Shown: positions 9,456 to 17,455, numbered from the stretch's first letter. The stretch: 23,941 bases of DNA from Myxococcaceae bacterium (GCA_044225205.1 JBGAIY010000064.1:1-23941), one strand, 5' to 3'. Program-made: numbers and translations. Notes: generated by a model not told the origin, from the sequence alone.

Positions 9456-10703
9456 CTACCGAACCCGCAGATTGCGTGGTGGCGACGGCAACGCCGAGGC
9501 GGCGTACTCGTGCCCGCCCGCGTCGCAGCGAACACCAGCGGGGCGGCCGTTGCCGTCGTGGTCGGTCGAAAGGCAATCGGTGCCCGAGCCCCCGGAGTCA
9601 ATGGCGGGCGAACCCGCCGTCAGGTGAAACCCGTCGGCGCCGCCCAGCCCCGACGACGTGACCGCCTTGTCGGTACCTCCGCACGCCGCGCCCGAGCTGC
9701 CGTACCAGACGTTCGAACGAAACGCCGTGCCCTCGCAGTTGCCGCGCGGGCCCAGGTTGCCCACCCACGCGATGTTGCCGTAGGTGCAGTTGCCACCGGC
9801 CATCATCGGGTTCAAAAACGTGTTGTAGCGCAGCGCCCAGTCGGTGCAGGTCGAACCCTGGTAGTTCATGTTGAGCGTGAAATACGCCGAGCCGAGGTCA
9901 CCGAAGAAGTTGTTCTCGAGGGTGATGTTCTGCGGCTTGGTGCCGCGAAAGGTGCTGAAGAAAATGAGCGACGTGCTGGTCACGTTGTTGGTGAACGTGC
10001 TGTTGCGAATCGTCAGCCCGTTGACGTTGCCGTCGACCCGAATCACCTCGAAGTGGTTTGAATTGCCTCCCGTGTTGACGATGTTGTCGAACGTCACGCC
10101 GTCGACCAGCACGTCGGTCGCCGTCGAAGGGCCAGCGACGTCGGTGCTCGCGAAAATGGCCATGCCGTTCGCGCACGACGAACACGAGAAGTCGCGGAGC
10201 GCGCCGCCGAGCCAACGAATGTGAGACCACCCGTTGGCCGCCCAGGTGACACCGCTGTCGCCCGAGAAGGTGCAGTTGCGGCACGTGATGTGGTTGGTGC
10301 CGTCGGCCGACAAGTCCCACCCGGGGCCGGAGATGTTTTGCAGCTCGTACCAGGCGCCGTTGGTGGTGAGGGCGCCAATGGTCGTCGCCGTTTCGGCGAT
10401 CACCGTGCAGCCCGGCGAGGCCTTGGTGACAGAGATGTTCTGGGGGCCATAGGTGCCCGCTTTCATGCGTATCTGGTCGCCCGCGACGCAGGCCGAAAGG
10501 GCGCTTTGAAGGCTCGCGCAGGCCGCACCGTCGCTGTACGCCGACGCGGTGGCCTGGCGCGCACACGAGCCGCCATTCGTGTCGACCCAGAGGTTCGCCG
10601 TCTGGGCCCAAACGCTCGACGGCAGGCCCAGCACCACGAGCGCCGCGAACGGGCGCAGCCCACCCCGCATGCCCCGCCCACCAGGTGAGTTGATCGTCGT
10701 CAT
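9456..10703 (-). CDS. Secreted right-handed parallel beta-helix (pectate-lyase-fold) repeat protein
   Basis: MTTINSPGGRGMRGGLRPFAALVVLGLPSSVWAQT is a signal peptide, preceded by a GGAGAG Shine-Dalgarno 5 nt upstream. Recurrent N.T...N..... and NNxF turns are present, and the C-terminal DAGGHEY motif is typical of this superfamily. An alternative ATG lies at 10670. Confidence 0.8.
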   Translation of the reverse strand: MTTINSPGGRGMRGGLRPFAALVVLGLPSSVWAQTANLWVDTNGGSCARQATASAYSDGAACASLQSALSACVAGDQIRMKAGTYGPQNISVTKASPGCTVIAETATTIGALTTNGAWYELQNISGPGWDLSADGTNHITCRNCTFSGDSGVTWAANGWSHIRWLGGALRDFSCSSCANGMAIFASTDVAGPSTATDVLVDGVTFDNIVNTGGNSNHFEVIRVDGNVNGLTIRNSTFTNNVTSTSLIFFSTFRGTKPQNITLENNFFGDLGSAYFTLNMNYQGSTCTDWALRYNTFLNPMMAGGNCTYGNIAWVGNLGPRGNCEGTAFRSNVWYGSSGAACGGTDKAVTSSGLGGADGFHLTAGSPAIDSGGSGTDCLSTDHDGNGRPAGVRCDAGGHEYAASALPSPPRNLRVR

Positions 10704-10752
10704 CGTCTCTCTCCGTTCACAGTGTGGCTCGAAGCGCAGGTGAACTTTGAGC

Positions 10753-11457
10753 TTAAGGAGCGACCGCACTCGCTTCGTTCGAGTGCACGCTCTCGGCCCC
10801 AAGTGAATCGACCGCGCCGCAGACGTAGTAGTAGGTCGCCCCGGAACTGACCGTGGTGTCGGTGTACGTGAGCCCGGTGAGGTCTTGCGCCATCACCGTG
10901 TAGGGCCCACCTGGCTTGGTCCCTCGGTAGACCGTGTACTTTACGCCGGCGGTGGTGCTCGCGTCCCACTCCAACGTGAGGGAGCCGGGTGCGCCGGCGT
11001 CGACCGTCGGCAGGCCCGCGTCATGCGCTCCGCCGTCAGGTGCGGGTTGGCCGGCGTCATGGCTGCTGCCGGTGCCTGCGTCGGTCTCGGTCACACCGCC
11101 ACCATCAGCGCCATTGCCACCGCCCGCGCCGTTGCCGCCATCAGCGCCATTGCCACCGCCCGCGCCGTTGCCGCCATCAGCGCCATTGCCGCCATCAGCG
11201 CCATTGCCACCGCCCGCGCCGTTGCCGCCATCAGCGCCATTGCCGCCGCCCGCGCCGTTGCCACCGCCCGCGCCACCACCGGCCCCGCCGCCCAGGCCCA
11301 TGTTGCCGCCGCCGGCTCCGCCACCCGTGTGCATCTGGGCGCCCCCGTCTGGGTGTTCGTCGAAGCCACCGTCGGCGATGCCGCTGCAGCTGACCGCGAA
11401 GAATACGGGGAGGGTGCTGACGAGCAGTGCTCGAAAGAACGTGTGGCTGGGTCGCAT
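10753..11457 (-). CDS. Lipoprotein with a (GGNGAD/GGNGAG)n low-complexity linker and a C-terminal fibronectin type III domain
   Basis: MRPSHTFFRALLVSTLPVFFAVSCSG is a signal peptide with an AVSC lipobox. The C-terminal LTLEWDAS...YTVYRG...YYYVCGAVD is an FN3 signature. The middle of the protein is encoded by a DNA tandem repeat. Confidence 0.8.
   Translation of the reverse strand: MRPSHTFFRALLVSTLPVFFAVSCSGIADGGFDEHPDGGAQMHTGGGAGGGNMGLGGGAGGGAGGGNGAGGGNGADGGNGAGGGNGADGGNGADGGNGAGGGNGADGGNGAGGGNGADGGGVTETDAGTGSSHDAGQPAPDGGAHDAGLPTVDAGAPGSLTLEWDASTTAGVKYTVYRGTKPGGPYTVMAQDLTGLTYTDTTVSSGATYYYVCGAVDSLGAESVHSNEASAVAP
11104..11265 (-). repeat. In-frame tandem DNA repeat (VNTR) of a 36-nt unit, itself two related 18-mers, about 4.5 copies
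   Basis: The + strand unit atcagcgccattgccaccgcccgcgccgttgccgcc repeats perfectly at 11104 and 11140. An 18-nt half unit sits at 11176. A perfect copy follows at 11194 and a variant copy at 11230. It encodes GGNGADGGNGAG. Confidence 0.9.
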
Positions 11458-11586
11458 GGCGTGGGCTCGCTGGTTTCGACTTCGTCTTGCCTCGAGGACA
11501 CCTCGACCCGACGAGCTGCAAGTCGAATGACCAACCAGTTGATTTGTCGTGGCTTTTGGCCAGTCGCGAGGCGAGTTTGGGGCCGC

Positions 11587-13530
11587 CTACGCGGCGCTCT
11601 CGAGCTGGCGGGCGATGACGTCGAGGTTCAGGTCGACGTTCGGCATGTCGGCCAGCATGCTCTCGGGGTCGTACTGAAATTCTGCTTGAGGCACCGTGAG
11701 CAGCGCAGAAATGGCGGGCTCGCCTTTTTTGTCGGCGAATTGAGCGAAGACGACCCGCCCGCGCTCGAGTTGCAGGTGCCCCTCTTGGGGCCCGTTGCGT
11801 ACGGTGAGGCGGCCCGACTTGAGGCCGGCTCCGAGAATTTTGACGAGATCAACGGCGGCGAGTTCATCGAAGTTGCCGCGCACGGTTCTGCCCGGGCCGC
11901 CGTTTTCGACGCGGTCGACATACGCCCCGCGAATGGTGACCGCGGCGTCGTCGGGAGCGAGGGGCACGGGCAAGAAGCCGGTGACTCCGACTTGCACGAG
12001 GCGCTCGCGGCTGGTGGGGTCGGTGGGGTTGCCCAGCACCAAGACCGGCACCGAAGCGCTCTCGGGCCTCGCGCGAAGAAATTGGGTCATGGCGACGAGG
12101 TCGCTCACGCCGTAACCGAGCCCAGCGACAATGACGTCGGCTTCGTTGCCCAAGACGGCGTCGACAATGCCGTCGAGCTTGACGACGGTTTGCACCACCA
12201 AGCCGGCCCGGGTGAGCGCGTCGAGCAGGTCGGTGCGGGTGGCCTCGTCGGGGTCGGCCACGAAAATGTGTCGGCCGTCGTTTTCGACGCGTTGGCGCAG
12301 CAGGTCACCGCTCTGCAACGCCGCGAGGGTCGCGACGATGATGGGGTCGAACAAAACGTTGCCCTGTTCGACCAGGTACGCGAGCGCCTCGTTCTTCGGC
12401 AAGATTCGCCCGAAGGGGTTCGCTGGGTTTCGGGTGAGGTCTAAAAAAGCGTCGACCGCCGAAATGATGCGCGCCGGAGCGGGGATGTCTTCACCTTTCG
12501 CGCCGAGGGGCACCCCCGACCCGTCGTACGCTTCGTAGACGTGCGCGAGAATTGCGTTCACGGCGGGCGGCAGGTGCACGGTTTCGAACAGCTTGATCGG
12601 CGCCCGCGCATACCGCTTCGCTTCGGCGCGGGTGTCGGGCTGCATGGCGAGCAGGGGCAGGGTGAAGTGCTTGTCGGTACGCTTGCCCAAGTCGTGCAAA
12701 TACGCCGACAGCGACGTGTTCGACACTTCACGCGGAGGCAGGCCCATTCGTCGCGCAATCAACCCGGCCTGGCGCGCGACTTGCGCGGAGTGGCCGCGAA
12801 AGTCTTTGCGGCCCATTTCCATCATCGACACGAGAATGTTGAGCGTTTCGAAGTAGTCGTTTTCGGCGATGCTGCCGCGCACACCCCCGAGTGCGTCGCG
12901 CAGCTGCGTCGCGTTGATTCGGCTCGACGTTCGACCCGAATTGCTGCCGCGGTCATTGCCGGTGCCCGTGCCGGTGGCAATGGGGGCGAGCCTCGAGTCG
13001 GCTCCGTCGTACGCGCGCGCCAACGTGAGGGTGTCGCGCTGCAGCGCTTGCACGCCGGCGCCCTGTTCGAGCGCGGCGAAAGCCGTGTGGTCGCCGTAGT
13101 AGTGTTTTTTGATGCCGGCCTGAATGGCGCTCCGCACCCCGACGAAGGCGAACACTTCGTTCATTTCGGTGACGAGCGCGATTTCGCGGGTGAGCGCCTC
13201 GTTCTGCGGCTCGGCCATGACGATCGACAAAATCTTTCGCTCGGCGTCGAGGGCGATGGGCAAGAAATCTTGGGCTTCGGCCATTCGCACCGGCACTTTG
13301 TCGAGCACCGAAGGCGCAATGGTCGCTTTCGCGAGTTTTTCGGCTGACACGAAGCGGGTGTTGAACTGCTGGGCCAAGAAGCGCAGAAGCGCGTTCTCTT
13401 GCACGAGCCCCAGTTCGACGAGGCAGTCGCCCAGGCGGTGCCCGGTAATTTTTTGGTGCGCGAGCGCTTGCTCAATGGCTTCGGCCGACACCAGGCCGGC
13501 TTCGATCAGACGCTCACCCAAACGCTTCAT
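11587..13530 (-). CDS. Multidomain c-di-GMP signalling protein: tandem MshEN motifs, a degenerate HD-GYP domain, a receiver-like (pseudo-REC) domain and a C-terminal DUF4388 (PATAN-like) domain
   Basis: The N-terminus carries two 24-aa MshEN-type motifs, RLGERLIEAGLVSAEAIEQALAHQ and RLGDCLVELGLVQENALLRFLAQQ. The HD motif (LHDLGK) is present, but the HHE...GYP signature is altered to HVYEAYDGSGVP. A CheY-like segment lacks the phospho-acceptor Asp at the expected position (ADVIVAGLG). The C-terminus, DLVKILGAGLKSGRLTVRNGPQEGHLQLERGRVVF, resembles DUF4388. Confidence 0.85.
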   Translation of the reverse strand: MKRLGERLIEAGLVSAEAIEQALAHQKITGHRLGDCLVELGLVQENALLRFLAQQFNTRFVSAEKLAKATIAPSVLDKVPVRMAEAQDFLPIALDAERKILSIVMAEPQNEALTREIALVTEMNEVFAFVGVRSAIQAGIKKHYYGDHTAFAALEQGAGVQALQRDTLTLARAYDGADSRLAPIATGTGTGNDRGSNSGRTSSRINATQLRDALGGVRGSIAENDYFETLNILVSMMEMGRKDFRGHSAQVARQAGLIARRMGLPPREVSNTSLSAYLHDLGKRTDKHFTLPLLAMQPDTRAEAKRYARAPIKLFETVHLPPAVNAILAHVYEAYDGSGVPLGAKGEDIPAPARIISAVDAFLDLTRNPANPFGRILPKNEALAYLVEQGNVLFDPIIVATLAALQSGDLLRQRVENDGRHIFVADPDEATRTDLLDALTRAGLVVQTVVKLDGIVDAVLGNEADVIVAGLGYGVSDLVAMTQFLRARPESASVPVLVLGNPTDPTSRERLVQVGVTGFLPVPLAPDDAAVTIRGAYVDRVENGGPGRTVRGNFDELAAVDLVKILGAGLKSGRLTVRNGPQEGHLQLERGRVVFAQFADKKGEPAISALLTVPQAEFQYDPESMLADMPNVDLNLDVIARQLESAA

Positions 13531-13631
13531 CGTCGCCCGTCACCCTACCAATGATTTCAACAGATTCAGCATTGCTGCATCGGTCAGCCAACCCAGCAGC
13601 GGTCACCCAAGGTCGCTGGTTGAACGAAAAC

Positions 13632-13670
13632 GGCCCGTGAACGCGGCGGCGTTGCACCGCGTCACGGGCC
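13632..13670 (-). terminator. Rho-independent terminator for the OB-fold gene
   Basis: Inverted repeat ggcccgtga(a)cgcgg ... ccgcgtcacgggcc, 14 bp with one bulge. On the - strand it is followed by gttttcgtt. It sits between the OB-fold gene stop (13695) and the MshEN gene start (13530). Confidence 0.55.
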
Positions 13671-13694
13671 AAAAAAACAAGCAATACCCAATTG

Positions 13695-14495
13695 TTACGA
13701 CTGCGAGGGGGGCTCGCCCACGAGGGCGGTCAAGGGCTTGAACGACAAGCCCTCGGGCAGGCCGGGGTCGCGCTTGAGCTCGGGCTTTTCGCTCTTCGAA
13801 GCGGTGGTGGCATCATCGCCGCGCGGTTTGTGCTCGACGCGTGGGCCCCGCTCGCGCCGGTCGCGGCGCCGCCCCGTGCCGGGGGCCGGAGCGCCTTCGT
13901 GGGCCGCCGCGTGCGCGGGGTGTGCTTTGACGCCGCGTTCGTCGATGGCGGTCAGCAGCACGTCGAGCGCTTGCAGCACCTTGGGGTCGTCGAGCAGCCG
14001 CAGCACGCGTTGCCGAATGGCCTTGGGGGAGTGCGCGTCGGGCCCGTGTTCGGCTTTTACGCCGTTGGGCGAGCCCGCGGTGGCCACGGCGGCTTCGGCG
14101 GTCGGCGGGGGGGCGACGTAGTTGAATTCGTTGGGGTCAATGGGCTCGGGGTCGAGGCGCTCGAGCCGGTCGATGACCAGCTGGAGCTTGCCGTGAAAGA
14201 CTCCGATTTTGCCTTTGACCAGCAGGTAGTCTCCGGCGGCGAAGGCCGCCTCGGCGGGGTCGACGTTCTCGAAGACTCGGGCGTCGAGTTGGCCCGTCTT
14301 GTCGACCAACGACACCGAGAGGTAGGGCTTGCCCGAACGGCTGCTGTGCCGCTCTTTGGTGACCGCCTTGAAGACGGTGTGAATGGGGGCCCCATTCTTC
14401 ACGTCTTTGACGTACACCTTGCGAATTCGCTCTTCTTCTTCGGTCGTCGTTGTGGGGGCGGCCACGTTCTGTTCTGTCGGTTCTGTCTGGTTCAC
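13695..14495 (-). CDS. YhaM-like OB-fold nucleic-acid-binding protein lacking the HD nuclease domain, with a basic disordered tail
   Basis: The segment ...ERHSSRSGKPYLSVSLVDKTGQLDARVFENVD...DYLLVKGKIGVFHGKLQLVIDRLERL has the tRNA_anti/OB pattern of the YhaM N-terminus. The following helical part (IRQRVLRLLDDPKVLQALDVLL...AHPAHAAAHEGA) ends where the YhaM HD domain would begin. The first codon is GTG and there is no clear Shine-Dalgarno, so the start is uncertain. Confidence 0.6.
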   Translation of the reverse strand: MNQTEPTEQNVAAPTTTTEEEERIRKVYVKDVKNGAPIHTVFKAVTKERHSSRSGKPYLSVSLVDKTGQLDARVFENVDPAEAAFAAGDYLLVKGKIGVFHGKLQLVIDRLERLDPEPIDPNEFNYVAPPPTAEAAVATAGSPNGVKAEHGPDAHSPKAIRQRVLRLLDDPKVLQALDVLLTAIDERGVKAHPAHAAAHEGAPAPGTGRRRDRRERGPRVEHKPRGDDATTASKSEKPELKRDPGLPEGLSFKPLTALVGEPPSQS

Positions 14496-14564
14496 GGTCG
14501 TGCGACACTACAACCACTTCGCCTCTTCACGAAGCGCCACGAAACGAAACACCTCGAGTTCACC

Positions 14565-15200
14565 ATGACCTGCTTGCTTTTGATTTCGCTGCTTTTGTCG
14601 GCCGACGAGCCCCGCTGGGAGCTTTCAGCCGAAGACACCGGCGTCAAAGTGTATGGCCGCAAGCGCGCCGACAGCGAAATTCGCGAAATGAAGGCCATCG
14701 GCCTGATGGACGCAACCCCCCAAGAAATCTGGAAAGCCGTACGAGATCTCGAGCACTACACCACCACCATGCCGTACATGGAGGAGGGCAAGGTGCTCTC
14801 GCGCGACCCCGACGACAAGGTCATCTTGTTCTATTCGAAGCTCAACACGCCGCTCGTCGACCGCCGCGACTACATCATTCGCCTGCTCGACGAGAGCGAC
14901 TGGAAAGACGGCAAGGGGTTTCTCAAAGTGTCGTGGACGGTGGTCAACGACAAAGACGACCTCGTGCCGGTGAAAGCCGACGTGGTGCGCGTTCGGGTCA
15001 ACGACGGGTACTGGCTGCTCGAGCCCCGCGAAGACGGCAAAAAGACCTTCGTCACCTATTACATCTACACGGCACCCGGCGGGTCGATACCCAACTTCAT
15101 TGCGAACAAGGGCAACAGCATCGCGGTGCCGAAGGTGTTCGACGCCATTCGCAAGACCGTCGCGCGCGAGCGCGCCGCGGCCGCGCCCAAGAAGCCTTAA
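14565..15200 (+). CDS. START / Bet v1-like (SRPBCC) lipid-binding domain protein with an N-terminal signal peptide
   Basis: MTCLLLISLLLSADEPRWE starts a protein of ~200 aa with a START-like pattern (KVYGRK...EIREMKAIGLMDATPQEIWKAVRDLEHY...YYIYTAPGGSIPNFIANKG). It is transcribed divergently from the OB-fold gene. Confidence 0.72.
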   Translation: MTCLLLISLLLSADEPRWELSAEDTGVKVYGRKRADSEIREMKAIGLMDATPQEIWKAVRDLEHYTTTMPYMEEGKVLSRDPDDKVILFYSKLNTPLVDRRDYIIRLLDESDWKDGKGFLKVSWTVVNDKDDLVPVKADVVRVRVNDGYWLLEPREDGKKTFVTYYIYTAPGGSIPNFIANKGNSIAVPKVFDAIRKTVARERAAAAPKKP

Positions 15201-15249
15201 ACTCACTTGTGGGGCTTGCGGCGGGCTTGGGCCTTGGCCGTGACCCGAA

Positions 15250-15570
15250 TCAGCACCAGCGCGTCGACGACGGCCACTCCGAAGCCGGCGAGCTGGAAAC
15301 CCAGTCTTTTTCTTTGATCAAAATGAGCGCGACCGTGGCGCCGACCACGCCGATGAGCGCCCACAGAAACCACGCGCCCCCCCAGACGTCGTCGCCGTGG
15401 CGCCTGGCCCGCGCGAGCACCGGGTAGGAGTCGGCGCGGCGCCACTGGGTTTTGCCCTCTTCGAGAATCTCGTCAGACGGCTCGACCAGGCCCATGAGCC
15501 ACGCCTGCTCGACTTGGCCGAAGCTCTCGTAGCTGAGCTCACCGTCTTGGTTTCGAACTCGGTACTTCAT
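15250..15570 (-). CDS. DUF4339 (GYF-like) domain membrane protein, translationally coupled to the upstream FAD gene
   Basis: MKYRVRNQDGELSYESFGQVEQAWLMGLVEPSDEILEEGKTQWRRADSYP fits the DUF4339 pattern, followed by the TM helix WFLWALIGVVGATVALILI. Its ATG overlaps the TGA of the FAD gene (ATGA at 15567-15570). The 3' end may be frameshifted at a T5CT3 run (see findings). Confidence 0.58.
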   Translation of the reverse strand: MKYRVRNQDGELSYESFGQVEQAWLMGLVEPSDEILEEGKTQWRRADSYPVLARARRHGDDVWGGAWFLWALIGVVGATVALILIKEKDWVSSSPASEWPSSTRWC

Positions 15571-17240
15571 GCGTTCAACTCGTTGCAAATTTGGTCGGCA
15601 ATGCGCAACCCGTCGATGCCCGACGACACGATGCCGCCAGCGTACCCGCAGCCTTCGCCGGCCGGGTAGAGCCCCGCGAGCGAGACCGACTGGAGCGCGT
15701 CGTTGCGGGTGACTCGCACCGGGCTGCTCGTGCGCGCTTCGATGCCAATGAGCAGCGCGTCTTCGGTGAGAAACCCGCGCATTTTCTTGTCGAACAGCTT
15801 GATGGCCTGCTTGAGCGACTGGGTGAGCGCGTCGGGAAAGAGGGCGTTCAAGTCGGCGTGGGCCAAGCCCGGCCGGTAGGTGGTGCCCTCGGGCTTCTTC
15901 TTGAGCCGGCCCGCCAGGTAGTCGGGTATCGTCTGGGCGGGCGCCCAGAACTTGCCACCGCCGAGCTCGTAGGCCTTTCGCTCCCAGTGGCGTTGAAACA
16001 TGAGGCCGGCGAGCGGCCCGGTGAAGCCCTCGCGGGCGAAGTCGTCGACCGAGACCGACACCACGATGCCCGCGTTCGCGTACTTCGAGTTGCGGCGCGA
16101 GTTCGACATGCCGTTCGTGCACTGAAACCCGTCTTCGGTCGGCGTCGCCACGACAATGCCGCCCGGGCACATGCAGAACGAGTACACGCCGCGCACGTCA
16201 CCGTTGACGGCGAGGTTCTCGGCGAGCTTGTAGTCGGCCGGGGGCAGCTTCGCGTGGCCCGCGACCTTTTCGCCGTATTGAATGGCGTTGATGAGGGGCT
16301 GCGGGTGCTCGGCCCGAAAGCCGATGGCGAACGGCTTCGCTTCGACGAAGACCCGGCCGTCGGCCGCGAACCGTTCGTACAGCTCACGCGCCGAGTTGCC
16401 CGGTGCGAGCACCACCCGGTCGCTTTCGAGGGTTCGCCCGTCGGCCAGCCGCACGCCGCCCACGCGCCCGTCGCGGTACAGCAAGTCTTCGACCCGCGTT
16501 TCGAAGTGCACTTCGACGCCCGCGGCCAAGAGGTCTTTGCGCATCGCCTCGACGGCGAAGGGCAACAGGTCAGACCCAATGTGCGGCTTGCCCTGAATGA
16601 GAATGCGGTCGGGAGCCCCGTACTTGGCGAACGTCTCGATCACCTTGCGCACGTGGGGGTGGTTGATGCGCGTCGACAGCTTGCCGTCGGTGTAGGCGCC
16701 GGCGCCACCTTCGCCGAAGTTCATGTTGCTCTCGGGCAACAGCGTGCCGTCGCGCGACATGAGCGCCACGTCTTTTCGGCGCTGCACGACTTCTCGACCC
16801 CGTTCGACCAGAACCGACTTCACGCCGCGCTCGAGCAAAGCGAGCGCGCAGAACAACCCGGCCGGCCCCGTGCCCACGATGATCGGCCGCAGGTCGGGCT
16901 GGCGTTTGACCGGCACCGGCGGCTGGGGCCGCTCTTCGACCTCGCTCACGTCGGCCGGCAAGGTGTTCGGCACCCGACCCGACACCAGCTCGACCTCGAG
17001 GGTGAAGATGGTGCGGGGGTGGTTTCGCTTGCGCGCGTCGAGCACCGAACGAACGACCCGCACCGAAGCCAGGTCGCTTTCAGTCACCCCGAGCTTCGCG
17101 GCCACCTTCTTCGCGAGCAGCGTGTCGGGCTCGTCGAGCCATTGGGCAATGTTGTTGACGCGGTACGCCACCTTTTGGCGCGTAGCACGGTCGGTGTTGC
17201 CGACGCATTTCAAAGCCTTCACGACCGCAGGGGCCGGCAT
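15567..17240 (-). CDS. FAD-dependent oxidoreductase of the COG2509 'NAD(FAD)-utilizing dehydrogenase' family
   Basis: The Rossmann dinucleotide-binding motif IIVGTGPAGLFCALALLERG is present, together with the characteristic C-terminal FAD-dependent-protein region (GIEARTSSPVRV...GLYPAGEGCGYAGGIVSSGIDG). It is 557 aa with an ATG at 17240. Confidence 0.85.
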   Translation of the reverse strand: MPAPAVVKALKCVGNTDRATRQKVAYRVNNIAQWLDEPDTLLAKKVAAKLGVTESDLASVRVVRSVLDARKRNHPRTIFTLEVELVSGRVPNTLPADVSEVEERPQPPVPVKRQPDLRPIIVGTGPAGLFCALALLERGVKSVLVERGREVVQRRKDVALMSRDGTLLPESNMNFGEGGAGAYTDGKLSTRINHPHVRKVIETFAKYGAPDRILIQGKPHIGSDLLPFAVEAMRKDLLAAGVEVHFETRVEDLLYRDGRVGGVRLADGRTLESDRVVLAPGNSARELYERFAADGRVFVEAKPFAIGFRAEHPQPLINAIQYGEKVAGHAKLPPADYKLAENLAVNGDVRGVYSFCMCPGGIVVATPTEDGFQCTNGMSNSRRNSKYANAGIVVSVSVDDFAREGFTGPLAGLMFQRHWERKAYELGGGKFWAPAQTIPDYLAGRLKKKPEGTTYRPGLAHADLNALFPDALTQSLKQAIKLFDKKMRGFLTEDALLIGIEARTSSPVRVTRNDALQSVSLAGLYPAGEGCGYAGGIVSSGIDGLRIADQICNELNA

Positions 17241-17249
17241 CTGCCAAAA

Positions 17250-17263
17250 CAGACAAATGTCTG
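17250..17263. promoter_or_regulatory. Perfect 6-2-6 palindrome CAGACAaaTGTCTG, 10 nt upstream of the FAD gene start
   Basis: Read directly from the sequence. It overlaps the region where the ribosome-binding site should be, so it is a candidate operator or translational-control hairpin. Confidence 0.35.
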
Positions 17264-17351
17264 CAAGGTGCTACGACCGCTTCGCACCGCGTTGAAACCG
17301 TGCCCAGGGAGGGTGCGAAGGGCGCTACGCAGCCGCGGTTTGGAGACGTTC

Positions 17352-17400
17352 GTAAGTTATTGAATTTGAAGGTTTTATTCAGAATTGAAGCGCTGGCACA
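17352..17400 (+). promoter_or_regulatory. AT-rich promoter-like tract upstream of the small ORF
   Basis: gtaagttattgaatttgaaggttttattcagaattgaag is a sharp AT island in a ~70% GC background. It contains TTGAAT and TATTCA hexamers and a TGGCAC at 17394-17399. It lies 60-100 nt upstream of the ATG at 17456. Confidence 0.4.
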
Positions 17401-17455
17401 CCGGGTGAAGAGGTGTCGGACACGCCGCGTAGGCTGCGGCCTGGGGAGAAACCAC

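Noticed and set aside
10885-12444. 519-aa plus-strand ORF, together with Arg/Cys/His-rich ORFs (10989-11393, 11231-11521), across the FN3 and MshEN genes
   Set aside because: These are antisense or alternative frames of the tandem repeat. Their repetitive 'RHQRHCHRPRRC' text merely reflects the DNA repeat.
15591-17363. 590-aa plus-strand ORF opposite the FAD oxidoreductase; also 15250-16170 extended upstream of MKYRV
   Set aside because: It is antisense to a gene with a clear Rossmann motif. The 306-aa minus ORF is real only from the internal ATG at 15570 (DUF4339), and the upstream part overlaps the FAD gene in another frame.
17394-17410. TGGCAC hexamer resembling a sigma-54 -24 element
   Set aside because: The downstream spacing gives GTGA rather than the TTGC(A/T) -12 element. 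It is not a convincing sigma-54 promoter and is only noted inside the AT-rich promoter region.
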